Part shown: positions 40,913 through 50,225 of the stretch, piece after piece
Numbering within the stretch: the first letter of the stretch is position 1
Layout of the letters: the number at the start of each line of letters is the position of its first letter
Origin: Gammaproteobacteria bacterium
GTDB lineage: Bacteria; Pseudomonadota; Gammaproteobacteria; Eutrophobiales; Eutrophobiaceae
DNA: 64,000 nucleotides
NCBI GenBank assembly: GCA_965238225.1
Contig: OZ250183.1
Location: forward strand, 1,440,001-1,504,000
Reading direction: 5' to 3'
Notes under the pieces: generated by a model
Database searches by the model: none
The model's input: the letters and a program-made list of their open reading frames with translations, nothing else
What the model was told of the DNA's origin: nothing
Position numbers and translations under genes: made by a program

Positions 40913-41872
40913 TTAGGCCAATGCGCCACCGCAACTACTTCCCTGCCCAGCAGTACAACCATAACAATGATCAAGCACTCTGATTGCATTACCTTCCAAT
41001 GAATTGTTTTTTAGGGAGCTTATGTGTAATTTTTTTCTTGCATTCATTAAATTTAATCCCAACATCTGATTAAAATCGCAATCATAAATAAAACCCTGCC
41101 AATCAACGCTGACCATATTCCTGCACATCACATTATCTAAGTTGCTATCATCATGAGATTTTTTTAGTAAAGAAATATAATCATGAAATAATCCTTTAGA
41201 AACTAAAGTACTGCCAAAACGATTAATAGGCATATTACTTAAAGTAAATAACTGATTAAAATGAATGCCAAAATCCTGCATCAGTGTTTTTTTGTAATCT
41301 GCTTCAAGCGCAGCTTGTGCTGGCGGCAAATCAGGGCCTTGAGGATTGTATACAAGGTGTAAATTTAAACGAGACTCAGGCTTGCCATAACCTAAGCGAT
41401 TTAATTTTTGTAATCCCTCTATGCTTGACTCAAACACACCTTTACCACGTTGGTTGTCTACATTTTCTCTTTGATAACAAGGTAATGAGGCGACAATATC
41501 TACCTGTTGTTCTGCTAGAAATTCCGCCAAATCCTCATGACCGGGTTCACCTAATATAGTTAAATTACAACGATCAATCACATTAACATTCAGCGCTTTA
41601 ACTTTAACCACCAGTTCGCGAAATTGCGGATGTAATTCTGGTGCACCTCCGGTTATATCCAAAGTATGTACATCGCTATTTTTTATATAATCATACACTG
41701 CAGCAATGGTTGCTTCGTCCATCTTTTCAGTACGTTTTGGGCTTGAATTCACATGACAATGGACGCATTGCTGATTACAACGCAGCCCGATATTGATCTG
41801 TAATATTTCTGTTTTATGCCTATTGATCGAGGGAAAATCTGAATGCTTTAACAAAGGTAAAGTGTCATACAT
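40913..41872 (-). CDS. arsS: Arsenosugar biosynthesis radical SAM protein (ArsS family)
   Basis: CNQQCVHCHV, LDITGGAPE, VIDRCNLT, ASLPCY, YDCDFNQML, C-terminal HCYGCTAGQGSSCGGAL. Confidence 0.85.
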   Translation of the reverse strand: MYDTLPLLKHSDFPSINRHKTEILQINIGLRCNQQCVHCHVNSSPKRTEKMDEATIAAVYDYIKNSDVHTLDITGGAPELHPQFRELVVKVKALNVNVIDRCNLTILGEPGHEDLAEFLAEQQVDIVASLPCYQRENVDNQRGKGVFESSIEGLQKLNRLGYGKPESRLNLHLVYNPQGPDLPPAQAALEADYKKTLMQDFGIHFNQLFTLSNMPINRFGSTLVSKGLFHDYISLLKKSHDDSNLDNVMCRNMVSVDWQGFIYDCDFNQMLGLNLMNARKKLHISSLKNNSLEGNAIRVLDHCYGCTAGQGSSCGGALA

Positions 41873-42135
41873 GATATATCGTCGCGTGTCTGGTTATTCC
41901 ACGTTAGAAGCAGTATACATCATGCGTTCCAAAGGGCTTAAGATTATTAGACAACACCATTTAGGCTCCTTAACTCTTCTACGCCAGACAAATGTGCATT
42001 TGTAAGTTACTGTTTTTTTCAATGTTGCCCTGACAGGGCGCTAGGGCGGAAATATCGCTCTTAGGTTTGTTGAGACTTTGGTTAATACTCTCCTCGGAGC
42101 AAGATGCAACCACATTAGTGACAGAATAAAAAAAA

Positions 42136-42472
42136 TCAACTTTCAAGTGCTTCCAAGATTCTTTTAGCAATCCGACAACTCTCTTTTGCAGCTTCAATTT
42201 TTAAATCTTTTGTGGGCTCATAATCCGCTTCCTGACGAAGCTTTTTCAACGAATCAAGGTCATTACTGACTGTTGATTTATCTTTTAGATAGCATTTACT
42301 GACACTCTGATGAACACCACCGCTTTTATTGGCAACGCTTGCTGCATCTCTGGCGGTTAAAAAAGCCCCGTAATAGGCTCTATTGATCACATTTCTATAC
42401 TCCATTTCTCGCTTTGAATTCTGGAGCATTTCAGAGACGTATCCAAACCATTTCCTTTGGCTCTATCGACAT
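42136..42472 (-). CDS. Small HEPN-domain protein (frameshift near 5' end as assembled)
   Basis: YRNVINRAYYGAF, GVH, LKKLRQEADY HEPN motifs; ATG 42472 (MSIEPKEM) is one base out of frame. Confidence 0.7.
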
Positions 42473-42475
42473 TCA

Positions 42476-43024
42476 TCACCCAACAGAAAGAACGACACGA
42501 CCAGATAGCATGTCTGTTTTTGGCTCAAAAAACGATGAATATAAATGATTTTCTAATGCGTCGAGTCCATCCGTATCTTCTATTTGAGTATTAACAGTAA
42601 CGTATAATTTATCCCAGTGCTCTTCAATGTCATGATAAAACTCCAACTTTAAAGAATCCACACCTTCCAAATTACAAACCTGATCAGGAAGCTGCGCCAA
42701 AAATTCAACCAGATCGTCGTTAGATTTGAGATAGTTTTTAATCTTCGGAAACTCTTCCTTCTCATAACTGCTTAAAACGGCGAATAGATCTGCTTCATCT
42801 TCTTGATATTGTCTTTTAGCACTAACAGAATGAGAAGATACACCATCAAAAACCAGAGTATCAGAAAAAACTTTGATAATAGACGAGACAACGGTATCAG
42901 ATGAAGACGATGAAGAAAAAACTGCATTATTCAAAATATTTTTTTTCAGATAGTTGTCCGCAATTGACCCTGAATTGACCTGCACATCTGGTGTAATGTG
43001 CGCTTGAGATGTTGTTGTTTGCAT
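42476..43024 (-). CDS. Hypothetical acidic protein coupled to the HEPN gene (antitoxin-like)
   Basis: 182 aa ORF ends 3 bp before the HEPN start; acidic alpha/beta C-terminus LEFYHDIEEHWDKLYVTV. Confidence 0.55.
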   Translation of the reverse strand: MQTTTSQAHITPDVQVNSGSIADNYLKKNILNNAVFSSSSSSDTVVSSIIKVFSDTLVFDGVSSHSVSAKRQYQEDEADLFAVLSSYEKEEFPKIKNYLKSNDDLVEFLAQLPDQVCNLEGVDSLKLEFYHDIEEHWDKLYVTVNTQIEDTDGLDALENHLYSSFFEPKTDMLSGRVVLSVG

Positions 43025-43436
43025 TATACTTGACCCTTTAATCCTATAGATTCTAACATATTTCTGTTTAACAAATACTGAAGCACTTTCTTGTTAGAAT
43101 CATGTGCGACTTCCATTGCTTTTTCTAAATATCCTGTTTGTTGCCTATTGCTATTAAGTAATTTTCATCACAGATAGAGGTTTTATCAGATTTTTTAATT
43201 CTTACAAGATGACTAATAACAGTTTCATGTTCAGCTTGATCGTTTTGTTTATGCGAATCGATGTTCAAATTATTCAATGCTTGCATATCTTCATGTACAG
43301 TCTTGAAAACCACCCTTCCAGTATAGACTCAGTTGGCGATGTTCAACATCAAACGTCACCACAAGCCATAGGATTGCCCAGCCCGCACTCTACCTTGTAG
43401 AGTATCCCCAAGTTACTCTTAAAGACTGATTTTTGA

Positions 43437-43465
43437 TTGAATCCATACCTTATGATCACTAAAAT
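43437..43465 (+). promoter_or_regulatory. Sigma70 promoter
   Basis: TTGAAT-N17-TAAAAT, the same hexamers as the rpsF promoter in this window. Confidence 0.65.
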
Positions 43466-43474
43466 AGCTCGCAT

Positions 43475-43621
43475 TATGTCCTGATAGCTCGGCCGGATGA
43501 TGTTCAGGAGGACAAGTGTCGCGTAAGGCACGACTCCAAGGATGGAGGAGGTAGAACGACGCATGGAGCAAATTGCCGAGGAAGTCGGAAGCGGCTAGGG
43601 CAGACAGTGCGAAGCACTGCA
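43475..43621 (+). ncRNA. Candidate GGA-rich structured RNA (Csr/Rsm-type sRNA) or miniature repeat element
   Basis: 9 GGA triplets in about 100 nt, GC-rich stems, terminal hairpin CAGTGC-GAA-GCACTG, upstream promoter. Confidence 0.4.
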
Positions 43622-43664
43622 AGATATGACTGCTTTAAATGAAAAAGTTAATAAATTAAAAGAA

Positions 43665-43741
43665 GCCCTGGTAGCTCAGTTGGATAGAGCGTCCCCCTCC
43701 TAAGGGGAAGGTCAGAGGTTCGAATCCTCTTCAGGGCGCCA
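43665..43741 (+). tRNA. tRNA-Arg (CCT)
   Basis: GCCCTGGTAGCTCAGTTGGATAGAGC...TCCCC-CT-CCT-AA-GGGGA...GGTTCGAATCC...CAGGGCGCCA; 77 nt. Confidence 0.97.
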
Positions 43742-43935
43742 ATAAAATTCCTGCAAACAATTGCTTAGCAAAAACACGCTATTCGAACACCGAACCTCTC
43801 CCAGACTTCTTCAGTAATTTGGCATTTACCGCTAAGGCTGCCCATTACCGCGTGCTTTGCTTTTAGCTCTGCTAAGTCATGGATCTGCTTTTGTCGAAGC
43901 AGATTGGCATCGACATTATTACCTGCTAGATATTA

Positions 43936-44850
43936 TCATTGATTTTCGGCAGCTTGCTGCCCCAAAATCGCTGCGCCTCTCACACCACTTGAATCACCGA
44001 ACTTCGGCGCTACCACCTGAGGTGCCTCTACACCAGCAATTAAAAACTTATTGATAGACACAGCAATTTGTTGGTATAGCTCTTTCACATTGGAAAGACC
44101 TCCGCCTAATACAATCACATCAGGATCAAACATTGATGTCAAAATAGCAAGGTGAGAACTTATACAATCAATGTATATCTGGAAGATGCTCAGTGCTTTC
44201 TTATCATTAGATTGAATTGAACGCACAAAATCTGGAACATCTCTATAGCTTCCGCCAAAGTGTCGACATATCCACAACAAACCAGGTCCTGATAGATATT
44301 GCTCTACGCACCCAACTGCTCCGCATCCACACTTGCGAAGTGGCAGATTGTATTGTTGTTGAATAGTAGCTGGTAATGGTATATGCCCATACTCACCAGC
44401 AAAATTTTGTTTACCATGATAGAGTTCGCCATCAATGCACAAGCCACCAGCAACACCTGTCCCTAAAACTAAGCCTAGTGCGTAACGCACTCCGTTGGCA
44501 GCGCCTCCTCGCGCCTCTGATAAGATAAAAACCTTAACATCGTTTTCAAAGCCAACGGGGCGATCAAGCTCTCTTGACATATCCTTGGTGAATGGCTGCC
44601 CATTGATACAAGGAATATTTGCTGAAATAGTGCGCCCAAGATCGTCAATAAAACCTGGCAACCCAATGCCAACCGATCCTTTCTCTCCTGACTTTTGATC
44701 CGCTTCTTCAACCATCTCCTTGATTTTAGCCAGAAACTCCTGATAGCTACCTTTAGGAGTTGCAATACGCCACGAGGTGACTCCATTCATATTATCGTCA
44801 AAGATTGCCAACTCTATTTTAGAGCCGCCAATATCAAAACCATACAACAT
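43936..44850 (-). CDS. nagK: ROK-family kinase, N-acetylglucosamine kinase-like
   Basis: MLYGFDIGGSKIE, GFEND, LGTGVAGG, AGEYGH, CGCGAVGCVEQYLSG, GDSSGVRGAA. Confidence 0.75.
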   Translation of the reverse strand: MLYGFDIGGSKIELAIFDDNMNGVTSWRIATPKGSYQEFLAKIKEMVEEADQKSGEKGSVGIGLPGFIDDLGRTISANIPCINGQPFTKDMSRELDRPVGFENDVKVFILSEARGGAANGVRYALGLVLGTGVAGGLCIDGELYHGKQNFAGEYGHIPLPATIQQQYNLPLRKCGCGAVGCVEQYLSGPGLLWICRHFGGSYRDVPDFVRSIQSNDKKALSIFQIYIDCISSHLAILTSMFDPDVIVLGGGLSNVKELYQQIAVSINKFLIAGVEAPQVVAPKFGDSSGVRGAAILGQQAAENQ

Positions 44851-44988
44851 CTTTAAAAGACTGCTTCCAAGACTAATGCATGAGATGTGCATGCAGTATA
44901 AACTACCATACCTTTATCCTGCGCGGTTCTCTCAATAATACTCAAAAGTTGCTTCACTGAATTGCCCTCAAAAACCAAGACTTAATAT

Positions 44989-46326
44989 TCAGCCAGATAA
45001 CGATGGAGGTTTTCGCCAATATTTCATCTTATGACCTTTAACTGAATACAAGAAAATAGCAAGGTAACATGGAATCATAATCCAATATGCGTTTTGCGGA
45101 TCATTCGAAAACTCAGTTAATGCGCCATATACCAAAGGTAATATCGCCCCCCCTGCAATCCCCATGATTAATAAAGCGGATCCTGTATTGGTATGTTTTT
45201 TCCCCAAACCATGCAAAGCCAAAGGCCATATAGCAGGCCAAACTAGGGCATTAGACAAACCGAACAATGCAACAAAGAGCACAGCATCAGGTATTACAGG
45301 AACCCCTGTCCATCCAAAAATAGTAGTCCATAGGGTATCTGACGTCGGGCTAGCCACCATCAACAAGAACGTAAAAACCAATCCGAACAATGCTGATACT
45401 GATAACGCTTTTTGTTGACTGATCCACCTAGGGATGGCAATCAAGCCAAGAATATAACCTATCACCATAAAGCTCATTGTATAGGCAGTCAGTTGTGCAT
45501 AATTCTCTACACCGGCATCTTTTCCAAAAAGCCCTATGGTATCTCCAGCAATCACCTCTGCGCCCACATAAAAAAATAAAGTAACCGCTCCTAATATCAG
45601 ATGAGGATAATTGAGTATGCTCTTATCAGAACCAGACGTATTAGGATCGCCTTCATCTTCAATATCTGGCTCAGGTAATGGAGAGAACTGTATAAAGAAT
45701 GCTAACACCGCCAATATGCCTGCCATCAATAAATACGGAAAAACCAATCGTGAAGACAGCTCCGTCAATTCTGCCAAGCGATCTTCCCCGCTCAATGACA
45801 TAAGGCGCGCTTCGCTGAACTGGGACATATCAGATAATACAAAAGCGGTAAAAACAATCGGGGCAATGACCCCTGCACTCTTATTCAGAATGCCCATGAT
45901 ACTTATGCGCACTGCAGCAGACTCATGTGGTCCGATCGTAACAATATAGGGATTGGCTGCTGTTTGCAGTATGGTGAGGCCTGTTCCAAGAATAAATAAT
46001 GCTACAAGGAAAATACTATATATACGCAAGGTGGCGGCTGGAATAAATATGAGCGCACCAATGACCATCACTGCCAATCCCAGCACCATGCCATTTTTAT
46101 AACCTGTTTTTTGCAAGATAAATGACATAGGCAATGCCATTACCGTGTAAGCGATGTAAAAGACCAAAGTCACCAGATACGCTTGTAAATGATTAAGCTC
46201 ACAAGCAATTTGCAAAAATGGAATTAATGAACCGTTTAGCCATGTCACAAAGCCAAACATAAAGAAAAGCGTGCCGATTATAATCATCGGCATCAAGGAA
46301 GAAACTGGTTTATTTGCTATTGTCAT
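44989..46326 (-). CDS. MFS sugar transporter, FucP/GluP/NagP (glucose/galactose/GlcNAc) family
   Basis: LFFMFGFVTWLNG.LIP, LQTAANPY, FFYVGAEV, VWPAIWPLAL, MGIAGGA. Confidence 0.87.
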   Translation of the reverse strand: MTIANKPVSSLMPMIIIGTLFFMFGFVTWLNGSLIPFLQIACELNHLQAYLVTLVFYIAYTVMALPMSFILQKTGYKNGMVLGLAVMVIGALIFIPAATLRIYSIFLVALFILGTGLTILQTAANPYIVTIGPHESAAVRISIMGILNKSAGVIAPIVFTAFVLSDMSQFSEARLMSLSGEDRLAELTELSSRLVFPYLLMAGILAVLAFFIQFSPLPEPDIEDEGDPNTSGSDKSILNYPHLILGAVTLFFYVGAEVIAGDTIGLFGKDAGVENYAQLTAYTMSFMVIGYILGLIAIPRWISQQKALSVSALFGLVFTFLLMVASPTSDTLWTTIFGWTGVPVIPDAVLFVALFGLSNALVWPAIWPLALHGLGKKHTNTGSALLIMGIAGGAILPLVYGALTEFSNDPQNAYWIMIPCYLAIFLYSVKGHKMKYWRKPPSLSG

Positions 46327-47098
46327 GAGATCGTCCCCATTACCAAACAAGCACAAGCTATATAACGATACATCACATAAATTCGCCCTTGAGCTAGATC
46401 GTCTAGCGCCAAAGGCTATCACTGCACGTGAACCTTCACAAGCTTTCGTTATGATATTTCAAAATACTTTTCTGAAGAGGATTTACAAACCTGAGCCATA
46501 TTTAATAAAATACGCATCAACCCACTCTTTAGCGCCATTCTATTATAGCCTGTATCGCTACTCTGATTTTGTAGCTTGTTATCAAATAGGATGCTGTGTT
46601 TAGCCAGCATATTAAATTATGAAAGTCAGTGATAAGGTGATTACATCTTAATTGGATAGGAAATAACAGCAATAAACCATTCCGCGCCTTAATAGGTATT
46701 ATACTTTAGATGAAATACAACCCTATGCTCTTCCTTGGGGCGGGAAAATTCTTTGAAGTGAAAATAAGAATTCACATATGTTCGAACTGATCGATCACCC
46801 TTAAATGCCTGATCACCAGATTCATTCACCAAGCCGAAATCCAAGCCGTGTAGAAATCCCAATGGTGTTCTTTTTTTCCTTCAATATTATGTTTCAGCAA
46901 CTTGTCGGTAATCCCAACTAATACTGAAGAAATTTTCAGGATCATCACTTTTCTTTCGACCCATGCGGGATTCTGTATGCACATAGCCTTAATTAGTGTT
47001 ATCCAAGGCTTCGCCAATCATGTGGGCAAATTTCTTGATGATACCGGCGAATGCTTGCCCATTTATAAATCAAACATTTAAAGATGGTTCTTGCCACC

Positions 47099-47141
47099 CC
47101 TAAGGGGAAAGCTAGAGGTTCGAATCCTCTTCAGGGCGCCA
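47099..47141 (+). repeat. att-like duplicate of the tRNA-Arg 3' half
   Basis: CCTAAGGGGAAaGctAGAGGTTCGAATCCTCTTCAGGGCGCCA; last 28 bp identical to 43714-43741. Confidence 0.92.
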
Positions 47142-47166
47142 TCATTTAAAGCTTAAGCCTAATTAA

Positions 47167-47421
47167 TTATTTCTGATTCAAAAGAATATCTTTATCCTTT
47201 CTGCTTAATTGTTTGGTTTCATATTCTCGTTTTGCTGCTGCAGAATGTGATTCACATATCTCTTGATAAACCAGAACAACAGGTCTTCTAGTATGCGTAT
47301 ATTTAGCTGCTAATTTATCATTTTCATTGTGTTCTTGAATTCTTCTGGCCACATCTTTTGTGATGCCTGTATATAAACTGTCATCAGCACAACGAACAAT
47401 ATAAACAAACCAGTTATTCAT
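47167..47421 (-). CDS. GIY-YIG nuclease family protein (YhbQ/UPF0213)
   Basis: WFVYIVRCADDSLYTGIT, AKYT..RRPV.LVY.E, AAKREY. Confidence 0.9.
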   Translation of the reverse strand: MNNWFVYIVRCADDSLYTGITKDVARRIQEHNENDKLAAKYTHTRRPVVLVYQEICESHSAAAKREYETKQLSRKDKDILLNQK

Positions 47422-47782
47422 ATATTAAGAATGCTCCATTAACAAAAGTATTTAAAAATGGTGCTCATACTGATTTATATCTTGTTGCATATTTCGCTTT
47501 AAATATCATAACAGACATCTTTCAGTCGTAGAAAATAAACAGCCGATAGGTATAATATCGACAACAAATATTTATGAGAAAATTTTATTAAGAATATCAC
47601 TAATGAGTACACATAAAATACCTACACACGTATCTAAAAACTACTGGAAAATGCTTGCGGGATACAAAGAACGCATTAAATGAATTTGCTAAAAACAGCA
47701 TTAGAAAAACAAACGATTCATCAACAAATAATTTAATGGCTCGTTACCTTGCTAAAAATAAATCTTAAAATTAAGTTCTAAT

Positions 47783-48568
47783 ATGAAAACAATTATCCTT
47801 GCAGCTGGAATAGGCCAGCGTTTAGGTAATCTTGAAAGCAACGCTTCCGAGAGAAAACCAAAATGCTTGCTGGAATTTAATGGCAAGAGTTTATTGCAAA
47901 GACATTTAGAAAATCTCTATCACTACGGTATAGATAATATCGTTATCGTGACAGGTTTTAAAGCCGATATGATTAAATCAACATTGGCTGATATTGGGGC
48001 TCGCCATGTCAGTCTTTGTTTTAACCCTGATTTTACCAAAGGCAGCATTTTAAGCATGGTATCTGCGCTCAATACTCTGGAAGAAAATCAGGATTTTATC
48101 CTGATGGATGCCGATGTGCTCTATGATCACAATATTCTTGGCAGATTGATAAATTCAAGAGAAGAAAACGTTTTCCTTCTGGATCAGAATTTTGAAATGG
48201 GAGAGGAGCCTGTGAAATTATGTGTGCGTAATAAGCATCTCATCGAATTTAGAAAACAGCTGGATAAAAACCTAGTCTTTGATTTTATGGGAGAATCAGT
48301 TGGGTTTTTCAAATTCACGTCCGCAATAGGAAAATTGCTTGTCCTAAAGGCGGGTGAGTATATTAATAAGGGGGGGAATGAGATTCCTTACGAGGAAATC
48401 ATCAGAGACTTATTGCTCGCCAAACCAGAGCAATACTCATTTGAAGATATTACTGGCCTACCTTGGTTGGAAATAGATTTTCCAGAAGATATTGTCAAAG
48501 CACAGGGTACAATACTGCCAAAACTGACAGATTTACCAAACACTAATAAACTGAAACGAAAGTCTTAA
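47783..48568 (+). CDS. Phosphocholine/phosphonate cytidylyltransferase family protein
   Basis: IILAAGIGQRL, KPKCLL, MDADVLY, GESVGFF, WLEIDFPED; first gene of the pepM operon. Confidence 0.85.
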   Translation: MKTIILAAGIGQRLGNLESNASERKPKCLLEFNGKSLLQRHLENLYHYGIDNIVIVTGFKADMIKSTLADIGARHVSLCFNPDFTKGSILSMVSALNTLEENQDFILMDADVLYDHNILGRLINSREENVFLLDQNFEMGEEPVKLCVRNKHLIEFRKQLDKNLVFDFMGESVGFFKFTSAIGKLLVLKAGEYINKGGNEIPYEEIIRDLLLAKPEQYSFEDITGLPWLEIDFPEDIVKAQGTILPKLTDLPNTNKLKRKS

Positions 48569-48577
48569 AGTATATCA

Positions 48578-50212
48578 ATGACTGAAAATATTTTACTAAG
48601 TAAAAGTGCAAAACTCCGCGCCTTACTTGAATCTAATAAACTTGAATTCATCATGGAAGCACACAATGGCATTTCTGCTCAAATTGTTGAACAGGCAGGG
48701 TTCAAAGGTATCTGGAGCAGTGGGCTGGCGATGTCTGCGCAATATGCTGCGCGTGACAGCAATGAAATCAGTTGGACTCAGATTGTCGACATGCTGGAGT
48801 TCATGTCTGATGCAACAGAAATCCCAATTCTGCTTGATGGTGATACCGGTTATGGCAATTTCAACAACATGCGCCGGCTAATAAAGAAACTTGAGCAAAG
48901 GCAAATAGCTGGTGTTTGCATCGAAGACAAACTATTCCCAAAGACAAATAGTTTTATCGATGGACAACGCCAACCGCTGGCCGATACGGATGAATTTTGC
49001 GGGAAGATAAAAGCAGGCAAAGACAGTCAAAATGATCCAGATTTTTGCATTGTTGCTAGGGTCGAAGCACTCATCGCTGGCTGGGGAATCACAGAAGCGT
49101 TAAGACGTGCCGAGGTCTATCACGAAGCAGGTGCAGACGGGATACTGATCCATAGCAAACTATCGCAAGCGAATGAAATTCTTGAATTTGCTCATGAATG
49201 GGAAAATAGATCGCCTTTGGTGATTGTTCCAACGATCTATTACAGCACACCAACAGATATCTTTAGAAACGCAAATATCAGTTTAGTCATTTGGGCAAAT
49301 CATATGATCCGCGCAGCAGTCGCTGCTATGGAAAAAATAAGTGCCGATATATATGCAAGTGAATCGGTAACCAATGTTGAAGATAATATTGCGTCTATGA
49401 AAAAAATATTTTCTCTACAAGGTGCAGCCGAGCTCAGCGAGGCTCAGGAACGTTATCTAAACTCTAAAGGCTCAGAAACCAAAGCCATCGTGCTGGCAGC
49501 AAGCCACGGTCATGCGCTTGGCGCGCTCACTGAAGATAAACCGAAGGTAATGCTTCCACTTGGCGGAAAAACCGTTTTACGTCACTTGCTTGATGAATTT
49601 AAAAATCAGAATATCAATCAAGTCACTTTGGTTGCAGGCTACAAACCCGACTCTATTGATGCCAGTGATGTAGATATACATATCAATAAAGATTACGCGA
49701 CAACAGGTGAGCTGGTTTCACTCGCCGAGGTCGTAAACGAATTCCACGAGGACATGATTATTACTTATGGTGATCTACTATTTCGTAGCTACATCCTCAG
49801 AGACTTACTTGAAAGTGAAGGTGAAATTGTTGTTGTCATTGATTCCACGGTTGAAAATAAAAATTATAGTGGTTCGCCAAGTTACGCCTACTGCTCAGAA
49901 AAAGAAGACAGAACCATATTCAAACGAGATGTTTTTCTAAAACATGTTTCTGAGGAGAAAAAATCGTCACCAAATGCCCCAAACGGCCAATGGATTGGGA
50001 TGTTACGTGTACATGGTCAAGGCAAACAATGGATCGAAGAAACCATTGATGAATTAAAAACACATGAATGTTATCGGCAAATGTCTCTTTCTGACCTCAT
50101 AAACCAATTGATTAAGCAAAATCGTCCTGTCAAAGTGCTTTACATTAATGGTCACTGGATTGATATCAACGCATTGACAGATATCGATCGTGCTGGTGAT
50201 TTTGCCAAGTAA
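48578..50212 (+). CDS. pepM: Phosphoenolpyruvate mutase fused to a C-terminal nucleotidyltransferase
   Basis: [13 protein letters not shown], diagnostic [10 protein letters not shown] (EDKx5NS) motif; C-terminal AIVLAASHG...DKPKVML...YGDLLF. Confidence 0.95.
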   Translation: MTENILLSKSAKLRALLESNKLEFIMEAHNGISAQIVEQAGFKGIWSSGLAMSAQYAARDSNEISWTQIVDMLEFMSDATEIPILLDGDTGYGNFNNMRRLIKKLEQRQIAGVCIEDKLFPKTNSFIDGQRQPLADTDEFCGKIKAGKDSQNDPDFCIVARVEALIAGWGITEALRRAEVYHEAGADGILIHSKLSQANEILEFAHEWENRSPLVIVPTIYYSTPTDIFRNANISLVIWANHMIRAAVAAMEKISADIYASESVTNVEDNIASMKKIFSLQGAAELSEAQERYLNSKGSETKAIVLAASHGHALGALTEDKPKVMLPLGGKTVLRHLLDEFKNQNINQVTLVAGYKPDSIDASDVDIHINKDYATTGELVSLAEVVNEFHEDMIITYGDLLFRSYILRDLLESEGEIVVVIDSTVENKNYSGSPSYAYCSEKEDRTIFKRDVFLKHVSEEKKSSPNAPNGQWIGMLRVHGQGKQWIEETIDELKTHECYRQMSLSDLINQLIKQNRPVKVLYINGHWIDINALTDIDRAGDFAK

Positions 50213-50225
50213 TAGGAAATAGAAG

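Larger units (their letters stand above)
43742..47141. mobile_element. Decayed tRNA-Arg-integrated islet (3.4 kb, no integrase)
   Basis: Bounded by a direct repeat of the tRNA 3' half (43699-43741 and 47099-47141). Confidence 0.75.

Noticed and set aside
40913-40940. Selenocysteine in the ArsS C-terminus
   Set aside because: The codon is TGC and the gene ends in TAA; no in-frame TGA
47099-47141. Second tRNA-Arg gene
   Set aside because: Only the 3' half is present; the 5' acceptor strand and D-arm are missing, so it is an att duplicate
47167-47421. GIY-YIG protein as a homing endonuclease of the islet
   Set aside because: It is a stand-alone 84-aa YhbQ-type protein outside the att repeat, with no DNA-binding extension
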